A stretch of DNA of 64,000 bases, taken from assembly GCA_963715805.1 (NCBI GenBank), contig OY970277.1, forward strand, positions 2,844,368-2,908,367, in the 5' to 3' direction. The stretch comes from an uncultured Verrucomicrobiae bacterium (GTDB taxonomy: Bacteria; Verrucomicrobiota; Verrucomicrobiia; Chthoniobacterales; Chthoniobacteraceae). Under the pieces are notes generated by a model. That model searched no databases. It had not been told where the DNA came from and was given only the letters and a program-made list of their open reading frames with translations. This document shows, one piece after another, positions 10,095 through 19,590 of this stretch (position 1 is the stretch's first letter; the number at the start of each line of letters is the position of its first letter). A program made the position numbers and the translations under genes.

Positions 10095-10553
10095 AAAAAC
10101 TCCCCGGCAAAGCCGAACCCAAAGCCAAACATTGGTATTCGTTTACCATCGTTGAGGATTCCCGTAAACGGAAAGTTCGCGGGCTGTCGCGACGCGGTGC
10201 GAAACTCCACACGCAGACGCGCGTCCCGGGGAGCCACGCAGCGCGAAAGATCCCCTGAAGTTCGCAACTCTGGTGGCCGCCCGGGCTCAGGCTTGGCTCA
10301 AAAGGCTGCTGTTATTGGCGCTGACGAAGCTGGCGTGATCTTATCGCGCTTACGGGACGAACCCGGAAATCCGTTGCCCCCAAGAAACCGTTCGCTATCC
10401 TCCAGTACTATGAACGTCCCACGGAACCGATGGTAACCCGCAAACGTTCCTCATAGGCGCCATCGACGGTGAAGGGAGCGGCCCCGAGCTTGTAACCGCG
10501 GCCCTGGATGTCCTCGACGCCGTCTCGAGCGCCGGTCCCTTCCGAGATTGCCA
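10095..10553 (+). repeat. 459-bp direct repeat copy 2 (native 5' region of the IMDH-like gene)
   Basis: See copy 1; here the repeat continues into the rest of the IMDH-like coding sequence. Confidence 0.9.
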
Positions 10554-11093
10554 GAACCGCAGTCGAGGTCGGCAGGGTATCTGCCGAGCGCACTGGAAAT
10601 TCTCTTCCACCGGAGATCGTGGAGTTTTGCTCCGGTATCTTCTCCCGCCGCGGCGCCATCCTCGCAGGCGCCGCCGGGGACCGCTTCGTCTATGAGATTC
10701 GCCGCCTCTTTCATCTCTCCTATAAACTCAACCCTTTGCGCTCCTACCCGGAACTGCATTCCGTCTCCCGGCTGAAGGCCCCGGCCGAAGTCCTGGATGT
10801 CCTCCTCGTCCGTGAGAATCTCCACGGCCTTTACCAGGGCGAGTCCCAAGAATCCGTCTCCGATGACGGACGACAGATCCGCTACACCTTTCTTCACAGC
10901 GAGAAACAAGTGCGCAACCTGCTCACCGTCGCCGCCCGCGCCGCCCGCGACCGCCGCAATCTCCTCGCCGTTATCGGCAAAGGTCCGCCCTGCCCACCAT
11001 CCACTCGCTCTGGCGCGACTGCGGCGCCGAGATCGCCGCCGGCCTGGGCGTCACCGTTTCTTTCCTCGATGTCGATTACGCCGCCTATAAGCT
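10430..11093 (+). pseudogene. 3-isopropylmalate/isocitrate/tartrate dehydrogenase-family gene, frameshifted (at least 2-3 shifts) and 3'-truncated at about residue 250
   Basis: Across three frames: MVTRK/TFLIGAIDGEGSGPELVTAALDVLDAV; LPPEIVEFC...VDVLLVRENLHGLYQGE...YTFLHSEKQVRNLLTVAARAARDRRNLLAVIGKG; HSLWRDCGAEIAAGLGVTVSFLDVDYAAYK. These align to LeuB GDGIGPEV, VRExxxGxY, kVTsvdKANVL, ILWRE. Homology stops abruptly before the thioesterase. Confidence 0.7.
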
Positions 11094-11162
11094 CAGCCCC
11101 TCTTCGCTTTTCAACCCCAGGGGCTCCACAGTGGCGAGCCCTCCCTCCGCACGGTCGAGGAA

Positions 11163-11816
11163 ATGGCAGCCCGATTCCTCGGCATCCTCCGCCGTCATCA
11201 ACCCCAAGGACCGTATTTTCTCTGCGGCGCTTCCTTTGGAGGAGTCGTCGTATTTGAGATGGCGCAGCGGCTTGTCGCCGATGGCCAGCGAGTCCCATTT
11301 CTTGGGTTGATCGACAGCTACGGAGGGAAATACCCGAAGGTGATACGACCGCTCTCCCCGCGGAAAAGGCTCCGGATCCTGATCGCCCGTTTGATCCCTT
11401 TGAAAGAAAACGAGAGGCTCTCCCAGTCGCATTACAAGGCCGCCGTTCGCGTCGCCCTGCGCCTTAAGCCGCGGCTCTGGCTCGTCCGGCTCCTCACGAG
11501 GTTTCCGTTCCTGCCGCGTATTTACGCCCTGCGCCACGAGTGCCTGCGGGAAACATGCTTCGCCGCCCGCCGCAAATATCCTTTGCGCGAGTTTCCGGGC
11601 AAGCTCCACCTTTTCCGCACCGAGGAAAACCTCCTTCCACGCGACCTTTTCGAAGACGATCCCGAGCGCGGCTGGCACGGCTCTGCCGCGGATGGCATCG
11701 AGATTTACGCCATCCCCGGCCATCACGGAAATCACCTCGAAGAGCCCCTGGTCGGCATACTTGCCGCGAAGCTCGCCGCCGCCCTCGAACAGGCCCGTTC
11801 TTCCGGCCAGCCATAA
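11163..11816 (+). CDS. thioesterase domain protein (alpha/beta hydrolase, NRPS/PKS-type TE); lacks its usual N-terminal ~30 aa; homology begins at ~11095 right after a stop with no start codon
   Basis: GPYFLCGASFGG (GxSxG), SVEEMAA-like RTVEEMAARFLGILRRHQPQGPY; C-terminal HHGNHLEE; upstream in-frame AQPLFAFQPQGLHSGEPSL has no ATG. Confidence 0.65.
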   Translation: MAARFLGILRRHQPQGPYFLCGASFGGVVVFEMAQRLVADGQRVPFLGLIDSYGGKYPKVIRPLSPRKRLRILIARLIPLKENERLSQSHYKAAVRVALRLKPRLWLVRLLTRFPFLPRIYALRHECLRETCFAARRKYPLREFPGKLHLFRTEENLLPRDLFEDDPERGWHGSAADGIEIYAIPGHHGNHLEEPLVGILAAKLAAALEQARSSGQP

Positions 11817-11858
11817 CCGCCTTTATCCTTGAGCCACCCCCGCGCGGGACTGGCGGGT

Positions 11859-12587
11859 TCAGACTGGCGAGGACTTGCTTGCGATATAGACGGTGCTCGC
11901 GGATTCGCGATCGAGAAGTGGGTTGGGGAACGTGACGACGTGCGCGATGGCGGAGGCGAAGACGGCGTTGAGGGCGGCGAGGAAGGCGTCGTCGGGCGGG
12001 TCGTCCGACCAGAGGGCGAAGACTCCACCGGGATGCAGGTGTGAGGAAAGGCCGCGGAGGCCGGTGGGTTCGTAGAACGCGGCATGCTGCGGATGAAGAA
12101 CATTCCGCGGGGAATGGTCGATATCGAGCAGGATGGCGTGGAATTTTTGGCCGGGCCGGCCGAAGCCGGCTTCCGGCAGCGCCAGCGCGAAAAAGTCCCC
12201 TGGAAGGAAGCGGCAGCGCGGGTCTGAGGTGAGCTTCCCGCCGAGCGGCACGAGACCCCGGACGTGCCAGTCCACGACGGCGTCCAGCGCTTCGACGACC
12301 ACCAGGGACCGGACGGTCTCGTGCTGGAGAGCGGCGGCTGCGGTGTATCCCAGGCCAAGGCCGCCCACGGCGACGTCGAGCGACCCGGGTTTCCCTCCGA
12401 GGACGGCGAGCGCCAGGTCCGCAAGCGCGACTTCGACTTCGTGGAAGAGGCTCGACATCAAGAAGGCGTCTCCGAGTTTCACCTCGAAGACTTCGAGGTT
12501 TTCGAGCGAGGGGACGCGGCGGCGGCGTAGCGTCAGTTCGCCGAGCCGCGTCTGGCGGAAGTCGAGTTCTTCGAAGTCCTTGCCCAT
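11859..12587 (-). CDS. spermidine synthase-like protein (catalytic domain only)
   Basis: Start at internal MGKDFEELDF; motifs LDVAVGGLGLGYTA (GGGDG-like), ILLDIDHSP, GGVFALWSD. Confidence 0.6.
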   Translation of the reverse strand: MGKDFEELDFRQTRLGELTLRRRRVPSLENLEVFEVKLGDAFLMSSLFHEVEVALADLALAVLGGKPGSLDVAVGGLGLGYTAAAALQHETVRSLVVVEALDAVVDWHVRGLVPLGGKLTSDPRCRFLPGDFFALALPEAGFGRPGQKFHAILLDIDHSPRNVLHPQHAAFYEPTGLRGLSSHLHPGGVFALWSDDPPDDAFLAALNAVFASAIAHVVTFPNPLLDRESASTVYIASKSSPV

Positions 12588-12616
12588 GCTCGTGAGCGGC
12601 TTTGGCCGGCCGGCTC

Positions 12617-13159
12617 CTAGGCTTGCATGCTGAGCGGGGGCCCGAGGACTTCGCGCAGGATGACCGCTGACCGGATGGACGCGGGCGATGCCAGCAGGGA
12701 GCGGATGTTCGCGGCGGCGTCCGAGGGATCGGAAGGAGCCCCGCTGGGAGATTTTTGCCAATAGGCATCGGAGATGGCCCCGGGCAGGGCGACCGGAGCG
12801 AGAGGGGCAGGAGGGGCGGGCGCGGCGGGGGCCTGGGGACGCGGCGGCGCGGCCTGCGGCTGAATGGGGGGAGGCGCTTTGGCGACCACCGGGCGGCCGA
12901 GTGTGGGATTTCGCGGCTGCGTGGCCGCCGCCGGACGCGGGGTGTTGCGCGGCGGAGGCACAGGCGTTTGCGGGATGCCGAGGGCCTCGAAGAATTTCCT
13001 CATGGCCTCGTCCTCCGTCTGTTCCCGCGGAGGGCCTTGGGGACGCGGCGCCAGGGGCTTCGGCCGGCTCGCCGGGGGCGTTTTCGATGCGGACTGTTTG
13101 GCGAGCCAGTTGAGGAGGCCGAAGACGGCCACGACGAGGATGACGAAGAATTGTTCCAT
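12617..13159 (-). CDS. hypothetical single-TM proline-rich membrane protein (downstream partner of floA)
   Basis: N-terminal TM MEQFFVILVVAVFGLLNWL then Pro/Ala-rich. Confidence 0.45.
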   Translation of the reverse strand: MEQFFVILVVAVFGLLNWLAKQSASKTPPASRPKPLAPRPQGPPREQTEDEAMRKFFEALGIPQTPVPPPRNTPRPAAATQPRNPTLGRPVVAKAPPPIQPQAAPPRPQAPAAPAPPAPLAPVALPGAISDAYWQKSPSGAPSDPSDAAANIRSLLASPASIRSAVILREVLGPPLSMQA

Positions 13160-13180
13160 GGCCAGCCTGGAGCGGAGCGC

Positions 13181-14209
13181 CTATTTGGTTTCTTCGCGGG
13201 GGCGGTCGGTGCCCGCGATGGATTCGCGCATCTGGGTGTCGGACTGCATGTTTTTCATGCGGACGTAATCCATGATGCCGAGGTTGCCGGAGCGGAAGGC
13301 GTCGGCCATGGCCTGCGGGACGAGCGCCTCGGCCTCGACGACCTTGGCGCGCATCTCCTGGGTGCGGGCGCGCATCTCTTGCTCGACGGCGACGGCGGCT
13401 GCGCGGCGGACTTCGGCCTTGGCCTGGGCGACGCGCTTGTCGGAGTCGGCCTGCTCGGCCTGTAGTTTCGCCCCGATGTTTTCGCCGACGTCGACATCGG
13501 CGATGTCGATGGAAAGGATCTCAAAGGAGGTGCCGCTGTCGAGGCCCTTTGCGAGAACGACCTTGGAGATGCGATCGGGATTTTCCATGACGTCTTTATA
13601 GGAATCCGAGGAGCCGATGGAGCTGACGATGCCTTCGCCGACGCGCGCGATGATGGTCTCTTCCGTTGCGCCGCCGACGAAGCGGTCGAGATGGGAGCGG
13701 ACGGTGACGCGGGCTTTGACTTTGACGCCGATGCCGTCCTTCGCAACGCCGTCGATGGTGGTGCGGCCCATGGCGGCGTTCGGGCAGTCGATGACTTTCG
13801 GGTTGATGCTGGTGCGGACGGCTTCGAGGACGGTCTTGCCGGTGCCTTTGGTGGCGAGGTCGATGGCGCAGGCGCGGTTAAAGTCGAGGGCGATGCCGGC
13901 CTTGTCGGCGGCGATGAGGGCGAGGATGACCTGATCGACGCTGCCGCCGGCGAGGTAGTGGGCTTCGAGCGGGTCGGTGCCGATGGCGATGCCGGCTTTC
14001 ACCGCGGTGATGCGGCTGTCCACGATGAGACCTACCGGGACGCGCCGGAGGCGCATGGCGACCATGTTAAAGAGGCCGACCGGGGCGTTGGCGACGCGGG
14101 CGCGCACCCAGACGCTGATGAAATTCATGAAGATGAGAAAGAAGACGATGGCGACGACAAGCAGGATCGCGCCGAAGATGAGAAAAACGGAATGGACGGG
14201 GTTGTTCAT
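13181..14209 (-). CDS. floA: flotillin-like protein FloA (UPF0365/YqfA family)
   Basis: Near-full-length colinearity with B. subtilis FloA: [15 protein letters not shown]...ESHYLAGG.VD.V..ALIAA...NPKVI...[14 protein letters not shown]...[25 protein letters not shown]. Confidence 0.9.
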   Translation of the reverse strand: MNNPVHSVFLIFGAILLVVAIVFFLIFMNFISVWVRARVANAPVGLFNMVAMRLRRVPVGLIVDSRITAVKAGIAIGTDPLEAHYLAGGSVDQVILALIAADKAGIALDFNRACAIDLATKGTGKTVLEAVRTSINPKVIDCPNAAMGRTTIDGVAKDGIGVKVKARVTVRSHLDRFVGGATEETIIARVGEGIVSSIGSSDSYKDVMENPDRISKVVLAKGLDSGTSFEILSIDIADVDVGENIGAKLQAEQADSDKRVAQAKAEVRRAAAVAVEQEMRARTQEMRAKVVEAEALVPQAMADAFRSGNLGIMDYVRMKNMQSDTQMRESIAGTDRPREETK

Positions 14210-14335
14210 ACGGGACGCGAGTCTAGGGCGAACGGCGGGGGGCGCATAGGATTAAAAGGCCGGCGGCAGGATGCGGTGGCGCCGGCGCTCCAGCGACGGA
14301 GCCGGTTTAGGGAGGCGGGCGCGAGACGGAGCCGC

Positions 14336-15087
14336 TTAGTGGCTGTCGTTCTCGAAGTTGCGTTCGATGGTGCGGTGGCCGGTGAAGAATTGTTCGAGGT
14401 CCGCGCCGACGTGGTGAAGGCCCTTGTCGATTTTATGGCCGACTCCCTCGTGGTCGGGATCATCCACAGGTGGAGGCACGACGGCTTCGTCCGGCGCCGG
14501 CGGCGGCGGCGGGACGGGTGCGTCGGCCTGGATGCCCTCAAGAGGGGCGGCGGCTGGCGGCGAGGAAGCGGTCTCGCCGTGAAGAACGAGCCCTTTGTCC
14601 GCGGAGACGCGCACGGTTTGCATGACGCGGCCATTGGCATCCATGAGGCGGAGAATCCAGACGGGGAGTCCCCCTGGTCGTTGACGCGAAGGAGGTAGTC
14701 CACCCGCTCGAAGGCGACTCCGAGACGGAGCGCTTCCTGGTTTGCTATGGTAAAGGCGCCGGGCGAGTCGAGGTTGAGACGCTGGAAATCCATCACCACG
14801 TTCGCGCCGACGCCGCTGTACTGGCGGACGGGGGTGTGCTCGGAGATGACCTGGCCATTGGAGATTTCGAGCTGGCGCACGCCGCCGCGCGCGGTCTGGT
14901 CGTCGAGCAGGACCTTCCAGACGGCGGGCTTGGGAGTGCCATCGCGGCCCTCGACCTCGATGACGTGATTCAGGATGGCTTCGCCGCGCTGGGTGCCTAG
15001 AGCGCGCAAGGCTTTATAGGCGGAGTCATTGCCACGGCAAAGGGTGACCGGGAGAAGAAAAAGAACCAGCAGGGAACGCCATTTCAT
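14336..15087 (-). CDS. secreted hypothetical protein (two PepSY-like repeats, His-rich C-terminus), frameshifted at a C5/G5 homopolymer near 14670 (pseudogene or sequencing error)
   Basis: Signal peptide MKWRSLLVLFLLPVTLC; track ORF 14206..15087 turns to low-complexity after ...VNDQGDSP while the +1 frame (track ORF 14336..14644) continues sensibly VWILRLMDANGRVMQTVRVSADKG... Confidence 0.5.
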
Positions 15088-15262
15088 TGCCGCAATTATC
15101 GAAGCGAAGGCGACGCATTGCCAGAGTTTTTTTCACCTAGCCTCTCTGCCGCCCCTGTGCATTGTTATGTGGAGACGAGCGGAGAAGGCGCCCGGGCGCG
15201 GTCGGGTAAGCCGTTCGCCGTCCCCGTTCCCGAACCGCGGGAAATCCCCGCCAGCTATTTTC

Positions 15263-15682
15263 TTGAAGAAGCGCAAAATAGAATTCGCGAGCCACCCCGG
15301 CAACCTGAGCCTGGTGCGGGTATTCGTTCGCGAATTTCTGGGCGAATGCTCCTTGTTGGAACACGAGATGAATCTCATCGTCCTCGGGCTGGACGAGGCT
15401 TGCAGCAACATCATCCGGCACGCTTACAACCACGAGGAGACCCTCCTCATCACGCTTTCCTGCGAGAGGACCGGCTCCGGGGTGCGGTTCCGGCTGCGCG
15501 ATTTCGGGAAGGGTACCGACCCCGCCAGGATGAAGGGGCGGCCGCTGGACAGGGTGAAACCGGGAGGGCTGGGGCTGCACCTCATACGGGAGGCGTTCGA
15601 CCGGGTCGAATACAATCTGAAAAAGCGGGGCACCGAACTCGTGTTGACCCGATCCGCGGGAGGCCGTCTAGCCGGGCTTTAG
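15263..15682 (+). CDS. anti-sigma regulatory factor / GHKL-type Ser kinase (RsbW-like); probable TTG start (alternative ATG 15167)
   Basis: LVRVFVREFL...LIVLGLDEACSNIIRHAY...RFRLRDFGKGTDP...GLGLHLIREAFDRVEY (HATPase_c N and G boxes); 3' end overlaps trpS end by 4 nt (convergent). Confidence 0.6.
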   Translation: MKKRKIEFASHPGNLSLVRVFVREFLGECSLLEHEMNLIVLGLDEACSNIIRHAYNHEETLLITLSCERTGSGVRFRLRDFGKGTDPARMKGRPLDRVKPGGLGLHLIREAFDRVEYNLKKRGTELVLTRSAGGRLAGL

Positions 15683-16641
15683 CCACCGAGGCCCACTGCG
15701 GGGCGTACCCTGGCCATCGTCGCGTCAGCCAGCTCGTTGGCGCGTGCCGCGCCTTTGCGGAGGACTTCTTCCACGTAACCGGGCTCGATCTCCGCGCGGC
15801 GTCTCCGCATCGGCTCGAAATATTCCCACATTGCCGCGAAGAGTCGTTTCTTGAAATCCCCATAGCCGGCGCCGCCCGTGAGGAATTCGCCTTCCATCCG
15901 CGCGGCATCTTCGGCGGGCGCGAAGAGGCGATAGAGGTCGAGGATCGAGGACCCCTTGGGATCCTTCGGCGCCTCGACCGGGGTCGAATCGGTGACGATG
16001 CCCATGATCTTTTTTCTCAGCGCTTTCTCGTCCAGGAAGAGCTCCACCGTGTTGCCGTAGCTCTTGCTCATCTTCTGGCCGTCAACGCCCGGGATTGTCT
16101 CGACTTCCGGGAGGATGCTCGGCTCGGGCAGCTTGAAGATGTCGCCGAAGGTCTCGTTCATCTTGATGGCAAGATCGCGGGTGATCTCGATGTGCTGTTT
16201 CTGATCCTTGCCGACGGGGACGATGTCGCTGTCGTAAATGAGGATATCCGCGGCCATCAAAACCGGATACGCAAAGAGGCCATGCGAGGCGACAACGCCG
16301 CGGGCGAGCGAATCTTTGTAAGCGTGCGCGCGTTCCAGCAGGCCCATGGGCGTCACCGTGCTCAGGAGCCATGCCAGCTCCGTCACTTGCGGCACGTCCG
16401 ACTGGCGGAAGAGCACGGCCTTTGCGGGGTCGAGGCCACACGCCAGGAAATCCAGCGCCACCAAAGCCGAATATTCCCGCAGCTTCGACGGGTCGCGGAG
16501 GGTTGTCAGCGCATGGTAGTCGGCAATGAAATAGAGCGACTCGCCTTTCTCCTGCCAGTCGATGGCGGGGCGCATCATCGCGAAATAGTTGCCAATGTGG
16601 AGCCTGCCCGTCGGCTTAATTCCTGAGAGGATGCGAGGCAT
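15679..16641 (-). CDS. trpS: tryptophan--tRNA ligase
   Basis: MPRILSGIKPTGRLHIGNY (HIGH), KMSKSYGN (KMSKS); 320 aa. Confidence 0.95.
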   Translation of the reverse strand: MPRILSGIKPTGRLHIGNYFAMMRPAIDWQEKGESLYFIADYHALTTLRDPSKLREYSALVALDFLACGLDPAKAVLFRQSDVPQVTELAWLLSTVTPMGLLERAHAYKDSLARGVVASHGLFAYPVLMAADILIYDSDIVPVGKDQKQHIEITRDLAIKMNETFGDIFKLPEPSILPEVETIPGVDGQKMSKSYGNTVELFLDEKALRKKIMGIVTDSTPVEAPKDPKGSSILDLYRLFAPAEDAARMEGEFLTGGAGYGDFKKRLFAAMWEYFEPMRRRRAEIEPGYVEEVLRKGAARANELADATMARVRPAVGLGG

Positions 16642-16745
16642 AGTGTGCGAAAAGGAGAGTCTTCGGGAACGATGCGTTGTCAAGAAACTCTGCGGGCTGG
16701 AAAAATGTTGGGTGAGGGTTTTCTTTTTTGTTGAAATGAGTCAAG

Positions 16746-17315
16746 ATGAGGGATAGATTGATTCATATGAAACGGAAAGAACGCAAGCCTAAGCTGACTC
16801 CCGAGAGTGTAGCGGCAAAATATTTCTCTTTGCAGGAGGTCGAACAGACCTCTCGGGTCATGGAAACGCCGCCCGACTGGGGCGGGTCTGCTGCCATACA
16901 GAGCCTCGTCAAACAGTTCGTTGCGCCCGCGTTTGTAGAACGTATGGCCGTCGGGGGGCTCATAAACACCGTCCTTAATGGGCTGCCGTTCTCCGAACTC
17001 GTCGCCTTGCGCGAATTGCTGGGGCTGCCGCTGGATCAGCTCGCGGAGAACCTCGGGATTTCCCGGGCCACACTTCACCGGCGCAAACTGGCCGGCAGGC
17101 TGGAGCAGGGAGAATCCGACAGAGTTGTCCGATATGCACGGCTTGTGGGCAAAGCCGTCGAGGTATTGGGGAGCGTCGCGCAGGCGCGCCAGTGGCTCCG
17201 GTTCCCTCAGTTTGGCCTTGGGAACGCCACGCCGCTGGACTACGCCCGCACCGAGATCGGCGCGCGCGAGGTCGAGAACCTTCTCGGACGGATCGATCAC
17301 GGCGTCTATTCCTGA
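16746..17315 (+). CDS. Xre-like antitoxin of a RES-Xre (ParST/MbcTA-type) TA pair, DUF2384 toxin-binding domain
   Basis: C-terminal ARQWLRFPQFGLGNATPLDYARTEIGAREVENLLGRIDHG characteristic of ParS/MbcA; stop overlaps toxin ATG. Confidence 0.75.
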   Translation: MRDRLIHMKRKERKPKLTPESVAAKYFSLQEVEQTSRVMETPPDWGGSAAIQSLVKQFVAPAFVERMAVGGLINTVLNGLPFSELVALRELLGLPLDQLAENLGISRATLHRRKLAGRLEQGESDRVVRYARLVGKAVEVLGSVAQARQWLRFPQFGLGNATPLDYARTEIGAREVENLLGRIDHGVYS

Positions 17316-17776
17316 TGGGGTCGGGCTGGCGGATCGTCTCCGCGCGGCACGCGGACACTCCCTTTTCCGGGGAGGGTGCGCGGCAATATGGCGGGCGTTG
17401 GAATTCCCCCGGGGTCTCGATGGTATACGTCAGCGAGCACCGGTCGCTCGCGGCGCTGGAAATCCTGGTTCACATCCGGTCGCTTACCGAGCCGTTCAGC
17501 TACCGCGCGTTGGTGGCCGAGTGGGACGACTCCCTCGTTGAAACCCTGCTCCCCGGCAGCTTGCCCGCCGATTGGCGGACGGAACCTCCTGGGGTCGGCG
17601 CCATGCGGTTCGGCGACGCCTGGGTTCGCAGCGAGCGCTCCGCGGTTCTCGCGGTTCCGAGCGTGCTCATCCCCGAGGAGCGCAACTTCCTGCTGAATCC
17701 GCTGCATCGCGATTTCCGTAAGATCACTATCCAGGATCGCGGAGAATTCATTCTGGACGGCCGGCTCCTGCGTTAA
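17315..17776 (+). CDS. RES-domain toxin (NAD+-targeting RES family)
   Basis: GEGARQYGGRWNSPGVSMVYVSEHRSLAALEILVHI contains the R...E...S triad context; ATGA overlap with the antitoxin; 153 aa. Confidence 0.8.
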   Translation: MGSGWRIVSARHADTPFSGEGARQYGGRWNSPGVSMVYVSEHRSLAALEILVHIRSLTEPFSYRALVAEWDDSLVETLLPGSLPADWRTEPPGVGAMRFGDAWVRSERSAVLAVPSVLIPEERNFLLNPLHRDFRKITIQDRGEFILDGRLLR

Positions 17777-17782
17777 AGCGGT

Positions 17783-18496
17783 TTACCCGCCCGCCTGCGC
17801 GTCCCACTTCGCGTTGCCGCGCGCGCCGAAGATCGCCGTTCCCACACGCACCAGAGTCGCGCCCTCTTCCACGGCCACCGTGTAATCCTGGCTCATGCCC
17901 ATGGATAAATGCTTCAGGGGAACGCCGACGGCCGCCTGGAGTTCGTCGCGCAGTTCCCAGAGCGCCGCGAAGAAGGGCCGCGACGCTTCCGGCGCCTCCG
18001 CCACGGGCGGAAGGGTCATCAACCCTTCCACCTGTACTCGTTCGAGCGTCAGGATATCCGTCAGATCCCTGCGAACGGCCTCCGGAGTGAAGCCAAACTT
18101 AGTGGACTCGCCGGCCAAATTCACCTCCAGCAGGATGCGCGGATACAGCGCGAGCTCCCTCGCGATCCTGTCCATTTCCCGGGCCAGTTGGAGGGAATCC
18201 ACTCCATGGAAGAGATCGAAGAGCGGCAGCGCCTGCCTCAGCTTGTTGCGCTGCAGATGGCCGATGAAATGCCAGCGCGCGCGGTCCGGCAGCATCGGAA
18301 TCTTCAACCGCGCCTCCTGGACGCGGCTTTCGCCGAAGACGAGCTGCCCGGCGTCCATCGCCTCGCGGACGGCCTCGGGCGGGTGCGTTTTGGACACCGC
18401 GACCAGCTCGATTTCCCCCGGCTCGCGGCGCGCACGCCGGGCCGCCTGTTCGATGTTCTCTTTGACGGAAGCGAGTCCGGGTAGTATTTCTGACAT
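17783..18496 (-). CDS. yggS: YggS-family pyridoxal-phosphate homeostasis protein
   Basis: IELVAVSKTHPPEAVREAMDAGQLVFGESRVQEA...WHFIGHLQRNK...MGMSQDY. Confidence 0.9.
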   Translation of the reverse strand: MSEILPGLASVKENIEQAARRARREPGEIELVAVSKTHPPEAVREAMDAGQLVFGESRVQEARLKIPMLPDRARWHFIGHLQRNKLRQALPLFDLFHGVDSLQLAREMDRIARELALYPRILLEVNLAGESTKFGFTPEAVRRDLTDILTLERVQVEGLMTLPPVAEAPEASRPFFAALWELRDELQAAVGVPLKHLSMGMSQDYTVAVEEGATLVRVGTAIFGARGNAKWDAQAGG

Positions 18497-18555
18497 GAAT
18501 CGCGCAGGAGTATCAGCGTGGTATTTGGTGAGAGGGGGCCGGCCCCGGAGGGGTT

Positions 18556-19590
18556 GTGATGCAAATCGAGACGTTCAAAATCTTCTGTGATCTGGCGGAT
18601 TCGCGCAGCTTCTCGAAGGCCGCCTCCACCAACGCGATAACCCAGAGCGCCGTAAGCCAGCAGATCCGCGCTCTGGAGACGCGCTTCAAAGTTACATTGA
18701 TCGACCGGGGGCGGCGAAACTTTTCTCTCACCGTCGAGGGGAAAGCCTTCCTCGACGCCAGCAAGGACATCCTCACCGTTTACGACAGCCTTGGAGACCG
18801 CCTCCGCGAGCTGCACAACGTCGTCGCGGGCGAGCTCCGCATCGCCGCCATCTACAGCATCGGGCTGCACGAGCTTCCGCCCTATCTCAAGATCTTCCGC
18901 AAGCAATACCCCGATGTCGAAGTGCATGTGGAATATCACCGCTCCGCCCAGATCTATTCGGAAGTGCTGAATGGCGACGTCGACCTCGGCTTCGTCTCCT
19001 TTCCCGTGCCGCGCAAGGGCCTTCGCATCGAGCCCTTCATCGAGGACCGCCTCGTATTGATCTGCCATCCCGCCCACCGGCTCGCGCAGCGTTCCCGCAT
19101 CCGGCTCGAAGAAGTCGAAGGGGAGAAATTCATCGGCTTCGACCCCGACCTCCCGACGCGGAAAGTCATCGACCGGCATTTGAAGGATCACCAGGTGGCC
19201 ATCAACCAGACCCTCGAGTTCGACAACATCGAGACCGTGAAACGTTCCGTCGAGATCGAGAACGGGATCGCCATCGTTCCTCGGAACACCGTGGACGCCG
19301 AGGTCCAGAGCGGCGCCCTTCGCGCGGTCGAGATCGAAAGGCCGGAGATGAAACGCCCCATCGGCATCCTCATGAAGCGGAGCCGGTCGCGCAGCGCGGC
19401 GCAGAGGGAGTTCCTGGGGATGCTCCAGGCCATCCGCGACAGCAAGGAAGAACCGAACGGCAGATCGCCCGGCCCGAACGGCAAAGCCTTCGACAACGGC
19501 CTCGAGAAAGCTCGGGCCAGGGATGAGAGCGGGCCCGTCCCGGCCGAAAGTCGCAAGGAAGTGAATGGCGAAGCCCGTCCTCGCGGTTGA
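18556..19590 (+). CDS. LysR-family transcriptional regulator
   Basis: N-terminal HTH IFCDLADSRSFSKAASTNAITQSAVSQQIRALE, LysR substrate domain. Confidence 0.85.
   Translation: MMQIETFKIFCDLADSRSFSKAASTNAITQSAVSQQIRALETRFKVTLIDRGRRNFSLTVEGKAFLDASKDILTVYDSLGDRLRELHNVVAGELRIAAIYSIGLHELPPYLKIFRKQYPDVEVHVEYHRSAQIYSEVLNGDVDLGFVSFPVPRKGLRIEPFIEDRLVLICHPAHRLAQRSRIRLEEVEGEKFIGFDPDLPTRKVIDRHLKDHQVAINQTLEFDNIETVKRSVEIENGIAIVPRNTVDAEVQSGALRAVEIERPEMKRPIGILMKRSRSRSAAQREFLGMLQAIRDSKEEPNGRSPGPNGKAFDNGLEKARARDESGPVPAESRKEVNGEARPRG

Noticed and set aside
11494-12768. 424-aa and 230-aa minus ORFs overlapping thioesterase and spermidine-synthase-like genes
   Set aside because: Arg/Pro-rich nonsense translation, out of frame with recognisable genes
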